Shown here: one piece after another, positions 1-7,268 of the stretch
Layout of the letters: every line of letters starts with the position of its first letter
Numbering within the stretch: the first letter of the stretch is position 1
Origin: Promethearchaeota archaeon
Lineage (GTDB): Archaea; Asgardarchaeota; Lokiarchaeia; Sigyniarchaeales; SOKP01
Assembly (NCBI GenBank): GCA_011364925.1
Contig: RDOA01000004.1
Location: 1-13,001 of the forward strand
Length of the DNA: 13,001 bases
Direction of reading: 5' to 3'
The notes under the pieces: generated by a model
The model's database searches: none
What the model was told of the DNA's origin: nothing
Seen by the model: the letters and a program-made list of their open reading frames with translations, nothing else
Translations under genes and position numbers: made by a program

Positions 1-255
1 GTTCTTCAACCAGCAATGCCATATCATAAATGGGAGGAATTTAAAGATAAGATTGAATATTTAGATAAGCAACCTCAAACAAAAGAAGAGGCATTACAAA
101 TTGCGAGGAGTGTAAATAGGTTTACTATTGGTGTTTATTATCAAGAAAAAAAGCTACCATATCATAAAAGTTTGTATGGAAACCTAAATCCCGTAAATAA
201 CAGTTTATCAAGAGAAAAAAGAATAAATGCAATAGAGAAAATCTTAAATTCCTAA
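1..255 (+). CDS. Probable 2-oxoacid:ferredoxin oxidoreductase beta subunit (KorB/PorB-like), C-terminal part; 5'-truncated by the window edge
   Basis: Frame 1 is open from base 1 (VLQPAMPYHKWEEFKDKIEYL...EEALQIA...FTIGVYYQEKKLPY), so the ATG at 16 is probably internal. It matches the OFOR-beta C-terminal pattern VLQPC.T(F/Y)N...A...A...(P)IG(I/V)(F/Y)Y....P.Y. Confidence 0.65.
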   Translation, partial: VLQPAMPYHKWEEFKDKIEYLDKQPQTKEEALQIARSVNRFTIGVYYQEKKLPYHKSLYGNLNPVNNSLSREKRINAIEKILNS

Positions 256-1484
256 TCTTTCTTGGACAATTTTACATGAGCAATCCACCAGAATATTACC
301 GAGATAATTATTCCTAATAGTGCAGTAGATAGATACAAGTTTGTTACCCCTATTAATTCTGCTAACGGTCCAGTTAAGATTGTTGCTATAGGCGAAATTA
401 TGAGCGATATCATCCAATCTATTGATGATATTCGTCCCATTTTGTCTGCAGGAACCCTTAATTGCATTATTGTTAAATAAATTGTGTTCATGATCGGAAT
501 AATAAAACCGAGGAAAGCAGCGACTATCCCCATCATGATAAAAAAACCATGAGGAGTAACAGCAAAAATTGCATACATAATCATCAGAAAAAGCTCACCA
601 CCGAAATAAAAAGAAGTGCTATGTTTCCATTCTTTCTTAATTGTGCTTAGTAAAGCACCTAAAAACATCCCAAAATTCATTAAAGCCATAACTAATGCTA
701 GGTTAGAGGCTGATCCTTCGTGAACAAATAATATGAAATATGGTAACAAAACCCCATAAGGTCTCCAAAGAAAATTTATAAACATTGAAACAATTAGCAT
801 TAAAAATAGAGCAGGTATTAGTCTTAATGTGCGAAAACCTTCCTTAAAATCTCCGATAAAAGAAATATTTTTAGCGGTAGCGGCTTCTTTTCTTACAGAA
901 GGAATTTTAATCAAAATTAGAGGAATCAGCGCTATAACGAATGTTAAGGGATCTATCCAGAGCAATATCCCAATAGGAATGAAGGCTAAAAGCATAGAAG
1001 CTATAACTGGTCCAACTATTTGCATAAAACCTGTAAGAAGGAAATTAAATCCATTCATCCTGCTTAATTTATCTTTTGGTACCATAGTAGGAACAATAGC
1101 TGATACAGTAGGAGCATGGAAACCTTGGAATAACCCTAAGAATCCATTCGTAATTATTATTAAAATTGGATTGATTAATCCAAAATTAAATGAAATAATA
1201 AGAAAAAGAATAGTAAAAGCATTACATGAGTCTGCAATTATAATAATTTTTTTTCTATTAATTCTATCAGCTAGCACACCAGCTATAGGCATCGCAATTG
1301 TCATGGGCAAAATGTTAAAGAAACTCGCCATTGAAAGTATGAGAGGACTTCCAGACGCTTCAGTTAACCACCAAATTATGGCAAATTGGGATATTGAGGA
1401 ACCTAAAAGGGAAAAGAGTTGTCCTATCCAAAAGATTACATAGGATTTAAAGCTAGAGATTGAATTTATCGTATTATTTTCCAT
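252..1484 (-). CDS. MFS transporter, DHA3 / Mef(A)-like efflux family
   Basis: 410 aa with about 12 hydrophobic segments. The N-terminal IFWIGQLFSLLGSSISQFAIIWW is typical of Mef(A)-like proteins, MFS motif A is present (GVLADRINRK), and it has VP..K..R loops in both halves. AGGGG lies about 9 nt upstream of the ATG. Confidence 0.9.
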   Translation of the reverse strand: MENNTINSISSFKSYVIFWIGQLFSLLGSSISQFAIIWWLTEASGSPLILSMASFFNILPMTIAMPIAGVLADRINRKKIIIIADSCNAFTILFLIISFNFGLINPILIIITNGFLGLFQGFHAPTVSAIVPTMVPKDKLSRMNGFNFLLTGFMQIVGPVIASMLLAFIPIGILLWIDPLTFVIALIPLILIKIPSVRKEAATAKNISFIGDFKEGFRTLRLIPALFLMLIVSMFINFLWRPYGVLLPYFILFVHEGSASNLALVMALMNFGMFLGALLSTIKKEWKHSTSFYFGGELFLMIMYAIFAVTPHGFFIMMGIVAAFLGFIIPIMNTIYLTIMQLRVPADKMGRISSIDWMISLIISPIATILTGPLAELIGVTNLYLSTALLGIIISVIFWWIAHVKLSKKD

Positions 1485-1520
1485 AACTTTTTCCCCTAAA
1501 TAATCTATAGTATAATGAAA

Positions 1521-2750
1521 TCAGCTAAAAATTCTTTTTGGATTTTCATATAGCAATTTATTGCCGATATCTACGGCATCAATAAAAGAAAACTTCTTAG
1601 CTTCAATAAACTCAATAAGTACTTCTGCTAAAATGTCTTTTATAGTTAATAACGCTCCACAAGTCCCCTCGAGATTTTCACAATCTCCCCCAAAAGCAAA
1701 AACTTTATCGGTGCAATTCATTTCGATCAATTCAGTTAGCAACCTTTTTGTAGCAGACTGGCTAAGGATAGGCATCCAACATAAATCTACATAGGCATTG
1801 TATCTTTGGGTTAAAATACCTGGTATTGTATGATAATAAGGGTATCCGCCGTGGAATAAATCAAATTTTACATCCGAAAATTTTCTCATTATATCCATAA
1901 GATAAAGAGGATTTGTTTCCACCATAGAAGCCATACCAGTATGCACTTGAACTGGCAATTTTTCTTTTCTCGCGTACTCTAAAAGGGAGGTTACAACATA
2001 ATTTCCCCATCTTCTCATTTCTTTCTCGTTGATAAATTCTTCTTTTTTCTGAATTCTATTGTAAATTTCAGTAATTTTTCCATCTTCATTCTTTTCATAC
2101 AAAAAATGAATCGATCGCTCGTAAGCAGATCCGATTTTTATTGTATTTGCCATATAACGCAGAGAGTTAAGATATTTTTCGAGAACTTTGTCAAAATCGT
2201 CGAGAGTACTAAGCGATTCATTATTTTTTTCAGCATACTGCTCAAGTTGATGTTTAGCATTTGAAGGGCGATACTGATACGTATCTACTTTAGCAAAGGG
2301 GAATGTAATCTCATCAATCCTGATAGTCGTTTGAATAATAGGATGTCTCCAATCTTCCCAATACTCTGGTTTTATATCTAGAATTATATTTGTTATGTTT
2401 AAGTTCTGTGTGAGAGTGTCGTAAATATAATTTGGGTTTTCATATGCTTCTTTTATTTTATTATTTAGTAGATCCAATTTTTCAAGATTTATAGGAAGAA
2501 TATCAATGTCATATAGTTCTATAAATGCTAAGCGGAGTGAGTTGAATGCATCTGACCCTATACTATTTCGTAAAACTTCACTCCTCCTCTTAGGATGTCT
2601 TGGTAGGTTTTGAAAATAGGAGTAGGCTCCTTTGAAGATTTTTGTTAAGTTAATAGTTGGTTTTTTGGGGGAGTATATTCCTAGGTCGCCAAAATGTTCA
2701 TGAGTATCAAAGATTTGACCCCACTCTGAAATCAATTTCTCTTTTAACAT
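1521..2750 (-). CDS. Metal-dependent amidohydrolase (TIM barrel, Amidohydro_2 / uronate isomerase / FluG-N-like)
   Basis: Metal-binding motifs DTHEH, QVHTG, LFHGGYP, DLCW and FGGD, plus C-terminal ENPKRIF. Confidence 0.85.
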   Translation of the reverse strand: MLKEKLISEWGQIFDTHEHFGDLGIYSPKKPTINLTKIFKGAYSYFQNLPRHPKRRSEVLRNSIGSDAFNSLRLAFIELYDIDILPINLEKLDLLNNKIKEAYENPNYIYDTLTQNLNITNIILDIKPEYWEDWRHPIIQTTIRIDEITFPFAKVDTYQYRPSNAKHQLEQYAEKNNESLSTLDDFDKVLEKYLNSLRYMANTIKIGSAYERSIHFLYEKNEDGKITEIYNRIQKKEEFINEKEMRRWGNYVVTSLLEYARKEKLPVQVHTGMASMVETNPLYLMDIMRKFSDVKFDLFHGGYPYYHTIPGILTQRYNAYVDLCWMPILSQSATKRLLTELIEMNCTDKVFAFGGDCENLEGTCGALLTIKDILAEVLIEFIEAKKFSFIDAVDIGNKLLYENPKRIFS

Positions 2751-2761
2751 AGCAAATCATT

Positions 2762-2852
2762 TAATTCTAATTAGACCAATATTGAGAATTTTAGTTAGAG
2801 TTTTCAATATTGTATTTGTAAAAAATATTTTTAAATTCTAAACTTAGAATTA
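2762..2852. promoter_or_regulatory. Palindrome cluster / putative operator array upstream of the amidohydrolase-MFS pair
   Basis: Perfect AATTCTAA-AC-TTAGAATT (2834-2851), related sites at 2763-2778 and 2787-2802, a 36-nt inverted repeat at 2777-2812, and the palindrome AAAAATATTTTT (2821-2832). Confidence 0.45.
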
Positions 2853-2866
2853 GTCTTGTACTTAAA

Positions 2867-4579
2867 TCAATAAAACTGCAAATTAATGGTATTTAATTTG
2901 TTCAATGCATTGTATGTAAAGCCATGTAGGTCTGTGTTGTGAATATAAACAATGTTCGGATGATACCCTAAGCAATGTGTATATAGGACTTCAGTTAAAT
3001 ACCATTGAATCGATTGATAGAGATCATCTCTAATTGCTTCATTAGTGGTTTGCTGAGCTTCGTTTATCTTATTATTTAACCAGGTATCATTGACATTAGC
3101 GGAATTAAAAGACGATGTAGGATTAAATAATTGATTTAATAAATTATATGGATCTAAATAATCATATTCAAAAACATCCCAAAAAATTCCTAAATCATCA
3201 TGGTTCACATACATTTTATCAAGGAATTCTTCATGCGTCGAACCATCACCAACTACATCAATCCCTATATTATCTAACCATGACTGTAATAATGGAAATA
3301 AATCTGCTTTTATAGAATCTTCAACATTATAAGAATAATTCAAAGATAATAGCGTCGTAGCCCTCCAAGCATCATCATCAGAAATATTTAATGATGTTAT
3401 ACCCGCATTAACTAGAGTCTGACGAGCAAATGTTAGATTATACCTTCCTGCGTGGACAGAAGCGTTGTAAGCAGTACCAAACGCGGGGGAAATTGGAGAA
3501 TTTGCTTTTACAATTGAATTATTATAAACGATTTTTTCGATATAGGTATAGTTAATTGCATACGATATCGCGTGTCTCCAAGTGACATTAATCTTTTTGT
3601 TGTTCATTCCGAGATAATAATAATCCACTCCAGGAATTCCCGTTTCTTCAGTAAATCTATACACCGTTAAGTCAGGATTATTTTCAAATGTTGGGATTAG
3701 GGACATAAGTGGATTTGATACATAATGAAAATCGCCATACATCAATCCTAAACTACGAATTTTCGCACTAGGTACGATATAATAAACCATCTTCTCTAGA
3801 TATGGATGTTCTCTACAAGGTGAACACATTTCAAAACTTATTTCCTTCCCAAAACGAAAGTATTCTAACTCAAAAGGACCCGTTCCAATTGGAGCTTCAT
3901 ACAATTCAATAAATCGGATAGCCGGAGTAGATTCAGGCGAAAGCATCTTACACGCTACATTACATAACAAATCCAAGAATGGAGCAAAAACCTCTGTGAG
4001 ATAAATATTAACAGAAATTGGACTAGTTTTTTCTACTCTATTAATAATAGGATTACCATTGGGTAGAAAAAATAAAGACGCTGATTTTGCAATAGTAGAA
4101 CCTGCGGGAAGAGAAGTATTGAAAGGGGCCATACGATTTGTTGCATTAGACGCATTGCAAAAATAATTTAAACGATCAAGGTTCCATTTTACTGCATTAG
4201 CATCAAAACGACTTCTATCATGGAACTCAATTCCCATTCGTAAACCAATATGCAATGTAGTTGCATTTATCCAGTAGTAACTCTCAGCAAGTAAATTGAT
4301 AATTGAGAAATTGGGATCGGATATGTTATATGTAAAAAGCCCTTCGGCAACTTGATCGAGCACATCAATAGAAACACTATCCCGTGCATTTAAAGGATCG
4401 AATGTAAGCGGATTAGATGTTATTGCTTTGTAAAATCTTTGATGTGGAGGTGGCGCTAATGGTGTATAAGGCCAAGGGAACCATGTAAATAAATAAATAA
4501 AAAAAATGACATTCAATGTCATTCCAATTCCTACAAGGATCCCAGATAATGAACCTTTTTTCTTACGATTCTCTCGCAT
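2867..4579 (-). CDS. ABC transporter solute-binding protein, family 5 (Opp/Dpp/Nik-like), N-terminally membrane-anchored
   Basis: Basic N-terminus, TM helix and Pro-rich linker, followed by family-5 motifs TFDP, EGLF, LRMGIEFHD..RFDANAVKW, PIGTGPF, RHAISYAIN and DYLDP. Confidence 0.9.
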   Translation of the reverse strand: MRENRKKKGSLSGILVGIGMTLNVIFFIYLFTWFPWPYTPLAPPPHQRFYKAITSNPLTFDPLNARDSVSIDVLDQVAEGLFTYNISDPNFSIINLLAESYYWINATTLHIGLRMGIEFHDRSRFDANAVKWNLDRLNYFCNASNATNRMAPFNTSLPAGSTIAKSASLFFLPNGNPIINRVEKTSPISVNIYLTEVFAPFLDLLCNVACKMLSPESTPAIRFIELYEAPIGTGPFELEYFRFGKEISFEMCSPCREHPYLEKMVYYIVPSAKIRSLGLMYGDFHYVSNPLMSLIPTFENNPDLTVYRFTEETGIPGVDYYYLGMNNKKINVTWRHAISYAINYTYIEKIVYNNSIVKANSPISPAFGTAYNASVHAGRYNLTFARQTLVNAGITSLNISDDDAWRATTLLSLNYSYNVEDSIKADLFPLLQSWLDNIGIDVVGDGSTHEEFLDKMYVNHDDLGIFWDVFEYDYLDPYNLLNQLFNPTSSFNSANVNDTWLNNKINEAQQTTNEAIRDDLYQSIQWYLTEVLYTHCLGYHPNIVYIHNTDLHGFTYNALNKLNTINLQFY

Positions 4580-4606
4580 TTTCTTTGAAAAGACAAATAA
4601 TTGTGG

Positions 4607-5218
4607 TTATTTGAATATAGAATCAACCTGCATAAAAGATAGCATTAATCCTAAACCAAAACTTACTAAGTTGGCAGATAATATTGAAAAAACTCTTCTG
4701 TTTAAAGATAAATTTCTTTCCAAGAAACCTAAGACATTATATCTTTGGAAAATTCTTAAGAACAGAAAGATTTCCAAGCTAATTGGTATTAATTCAGCTA
4801 TTAAATAAAAATAATTAAGATCTCGAAAATTTATCATCAAAAATAACACGAAAAGTTGCGTAATTGGAAATGTAAATAAATTTACAAAAAAAACATTTTT
4901 TAATAAATCTAATTTGGAAGAGAGTTCTGCCTCTAAACAAAGCATTTCTTTAAAAGAAACATCTTTATGATTAATTTGCCTAATAGGAACTTTTTTATAA
5001 ATAGGTATATTTAAAAGAAACTTCTTTACAAATAGAAGGATTATACCATATTCGATAAAGATAGTGATTGGTAAAAGACAGAGAGGTAGAAATAAAATAT
5101 AAAGTAATTCGTGACCAGAAGGTCCCATAACAATAGGATTCGCTTTTACAAATGGCGAAATCAAAAAAAAGAAAGTAAAAGAGATTATTGAAAGATTCAC
5201 ATAGAAATTTGATTTCAT
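4607..5218 (-). CDS. Hypothetical integral membrane protein with a putative signal peptide
   Basis: 203 aa. Hydrophobic N-terminus ending VKA|NPI, then about 4 TM segments carrying polar residues (TIFIE, NLFTFP, AELIPISLE, SANLVSFG). Confidence 0.75.
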   Translation of the reverse strand: MKSNFYVNLSIISFTFFFLISPFVKANPIVMGPSGHELLYILFLPLCLLPITIFIEYGIILLFVKKFLLNIPIYKKVPIRQINHKDVSFKEMLCLEAELSSKLDLLKNVFFVNLFTFPITQLFVLFLMINFRDLNYFYLIAELIPISLEIFLFLRIFQRYNVLGFLERNLSLNRRVFSILSANLVSFGLGLMLSFMQVDSIFK

Positions 5219-5248
5219 CTCTGCTCTGAGATTCCTAAGCTAAGTCTC

Positions 5249-5265
5249 AATTTAAGTTTTTGCTT
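5249..5265 (-). promoter_or_regulatory. Putative archaeal BRE/TATA promoter of the 203-aa membrane protein gene
   Basis: The minus strand reads AAGCAAAAACTTAAATT about 30-45 nt upstream of the ATG at 5218. A similar AAAACTTAAA occurs upstream of ugd (7331-7340). Confidence 0.35.
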
Positions 5266-5309
5266 AAATTATTTCAATACGTTTGACTATTTACACAGCT
5301 TCAATCTTA

Positions 5310-5338
5310 ACCTAAGTAGACATTTTGTGTGCTTAGGT
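5310..5338. other. Imperfect inverted repeat overlapping the stop codon of the ugd remnant
   Basis: ACCTAAGTAGACA-TTT-TGTGTGCTTAGGT, with a perfect 7-bp outer stem and 11 of 13 Watson-Crick pairs. Confidence 0.4.
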
Positions 5339-5506
5339 CAAATTTATGCGACCTATTGCCCTAAAGGGTAGAGATTTATTAAATTCATCTTAGTCATAGA
5401 GTCTTCTTCCATCAACAAGATTAGGAGTTTTCATAAATTTTTTAAAATCTCCTGGCTTTAATGCTTTGAATTCTTCCCATTCAGTTATAAGTAGAGCGCA
5501 TTCAGA
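5333..5506 (-). pseudogene. ugd: UDP-glucose dehydrogenase C-terminal remnant (57 codons plus stop; in-frame TAA at 5390-5392)
   Basis: Hand translation gives SECALLITEWEEFKALKPGDFKKFMKTPNLVDGRRLYD*DEFNKSLPFRAIGRINLT*. It aligns without gaps to the last 57 aa of 5901..7259 (37/57 aa and about 114/174 nt identical, terminal stop aligned). There is no upstream start, and a stop lies three codons upstream (5513-5515). Confidence 0.92.
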
Positions 5507-5659
5507 AAGCTCTTAAAACTATGGGAGAATGCTTGCATCTATAGTAGAATATATATTATATCTCAAAAATTTATAAATAAATAAGTATTAAATTGTATAA
5601 ATAATAAGCTCAAAACTAAGCTTTTTAATGAAAAAATCACTTCTTAAGAGTTAAGTAAA

Positions 5660-5830
5660 ATGGAAAAAGAAAATATTTTATTGATAGTTCTCTATGCTGT
5701 TGCTTTAGGAATGGGTGTTGTTAGCATTATATTGAGCATTTTAGGAGAACCTGTTGATGTTATTCTTTTGGGTATTGGAGTCGCTGCATTAGGACTTGCT
5801 GGATTAACCAAACTTGATAATAAAAAATGA
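5660..5830 (+). CDS. Small two-TM-helix membrane protein (56 aa), absent from the ORF track
   Basis: ATG at 5660 to TGA at 5830 encodes MEKENILLIVLYAVALGMGVVSIILSILGEPVDVILLGIGVAALGLAGLTKLDNKK. It has two clean Gly/Ala-rich helices, higher GC than its flanks, TATA-like AAGCTTTTTAA about 30-40 nt upstream and a T11 tract downstream. Confidence 0.85.
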   Translation: MEKENILLIVLYAVALGMGVVSIILSILGEPVDVILLGIGVAALGLAGLTKLDNKK

Positions 5831-5871
5831 TTAAAAGTGAAATAATCTTTAAATCTTTAGCAAACAAACCA

Positions 5872-5889
5872 TATTTTATTTTTTTTTTT
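5872..5889 (+). terminator. Oligo-T putative archaeal terminator for the small membrane protein gene
   Basis: TATTTTA followed by 11 T (5879-5889), about 45 nt after the TGA, in a convergent intergenic region. Confidence 0.5.
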
Positions 5890-5900
5890 ATGATTAAAAA

Positions 5901-7259
5901 TTATTTTATTTGCACTCTCCCAATTGCTGTAAAAGGGATTTCTTTATTGAATAAATCGAAATCATAAATTCTCCTTCCATCAACTAAATTTGCGGATTTC
6001 ATGTGCTTTTTAAAGATATCGGGGGTTAATTGCTTAAATTCATCCCAATCTGTTATTAAAAATGCGCATTCCGAATCCTTAAGGGCTTCCTCAATGGAAT
6101 TGGCATACTGTATTGTATTTCCAAATTCTACCTCCGCAGTTTCTTTAGCTTGGGGATCGTATCCAATGATATTTGTTATACCTCGGTTTTTAAGCTCATT
6201 AACAACTCTTATACTCGGTGCTTCTCTCATGTCATCAGTACCCGGTTTGAAAGAAAGACCCAAAAGACTTACCTTCTTACCAGCTAGTTTTCCAGCGAGT
6301 TCCTCGGCCATATCTACAATTCTTACAGCCTGATCGTCATTAATGTTAAGAACTGCTTCTAATAACCTTGAAGTATATCCTTTTGATTTTGACCACGCTT
6401 TAATCGCGTTCACATCTTTATGGAAACAAGAACCACCAAATCCTACTCCTGCACCTAAAAATCGATTATTTATCCGATAATCCAGTCCTACGCCTTTCAT
6501 TACTTGCACTATATCAACATTAGGTACTAATTGAGCAAAATTAGCAAATTCATTTGCGTAACTTATTTTAGTGGACAAAAGGCAGTTATTTCCATATTTA
6601 ACGAGTTCGGCGCTTTCTAAATTCATTCTTAGAATAGGGCAGTTTTCTAAGTGATCTCCGTAGAAGTATTCGTAAAATTCTTGGAGCATATCGCCACTTT
6701 TCTCGTCAAAGGATCCAATAACAATTCTATCTGGTCTTAATGTGTCAATAATCGATCTTCCTTCGGCCAAAAACTCAGGTTGCATACACAACCCAAAATC
6801 TCTTCCCGGTAATTTTCCTGAAACTTCAGTGATTAATTTTCCAACGAGGTTTCTTGTAGTTCCAGGAACTACTGTAGATCTTACTACTATTAAATGATAC
6901 GAATCTTTCTGTTTAAGAGCTTCTCCAATTTCCCGAGCTGTGCTCTCGATGTAACCTAAGTTTATACTTTTGTCTTCTCGCATCGGTGTGCCTTGTGTAA
7001 TCATGGATATATCCGTTTCAAGAACAGCTTTAACCGGATCAAGCAAACATTGTAGCAGATCAGGTTTATTGGTTTTAATATCGTCCATCATTTCTTGTAA
7101 GTTTGCTTCGTAAAAAGGAGCCTTCCCTTCATTAATCATGTTAGCTTTCTTTTCATTATGGGTAGACGCTAACACCTTAATATCTTTTTCAGCAAAACAC
7201 GCCGCTGAACAAAGCCCAATAAATCCAGTCCCAAGGATTGATACACTATATTTATACAT
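5901..7259 (-). CDS. ugd: UDP-glucose/GDP-mannose 6-dehydrogenase family protein
   Basis: Motifs GTGFIG (Rossmann), GTP, RSTVVPGTT, PEFLAEG, AELVKY, the catalytic GFGGSCFHKD, GLSFKPGTDDMRE and VDGRR. Confidence 0.93.
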   Translation of the reverse strand: MYKYSVSILGTGFIGLCSAACFAEKDIKVLASTHNEKKANMINEGKAPFYEANLQEMMDDIKTNKPDLLQCLLDPVKAVLETDISMITQGTPMREDKSINLGYIESTAREIGEALKQKDSYHLIVVRSTVVPGTTRNLVGKLITEVSGKLPGRDFGLCMQPEFLAEGRSIIDTLRPDRIVIGSFDEKSGDMLQEFYEYFYGDHLENCPILRMNLESAELVKYGNNCLLSTKISYANEFANFAQLVPNVDIVQVMKGVGLDYRINNRFLGAGVGFGGSCFHKDVNAIKAWSKSKGYTSRLLEAVLNINDDQAVRIVDMAEELAGKLAGKKVSLLGLSFKPGTDDMREAPSIRVVNELKNRGITNIIGYDPQAKETAEVEFGNTIQYANSIEEALKDSECAFLITDWDEFKQLTPDIFKKHMKSANLVDGRRIYDFDLFNKEIPFTAIGRVQIK

Positions 7260-7268
7260 AATTAGTAC

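Noticed and set aside
829-1443. 204-aa + strand ORF
   Set aside because: Antisense shadow of the hydrophobic MFS gene with no recognisable motifs.
252-1484. Bona fide mef(A) macrolide resistance gene
   Set aside because: Only family-level resemblance. The substrate cannot be inferred and there is no msr(D) or mobile context.
4506-4808. 100-aa + strand ORF
   Set aside because: Antisense to two better-supported minus-strand genes, with no recognisable motifs.
5390-5392. Recoded stop (Sec/Pyl or readthrough) in the ugd remnant
   Set aside because: The codon is TAA, not TGA or TAG, it aligns with Phe, and the fragment has no upstream start.
5498-5532. GCATTC...GAATGC inverted repeat at the remnant's 5' junction as a recombination or IS end
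   Set aside because: Only 6 bp, with no matching end or target-site duplication elsewhere, so it is compatible with chance.
5572-5610. Direct repeat TATAAATAA(A)TAAG upstream of the small gene
   Set aside because: Nearly pure A/T low-complexity sequence that cannot be distinguished from background or ordinary TATA elements.
5333-6074. Diversity-generating retroelement TR/VR pair (a repeat matching a gene's 3' end)
   Set aside because: Differences involve all four bases and are concentrated at synonymous positions rather than adenines. Identity is only about 66% and no reverse transcriptase is present in the window.
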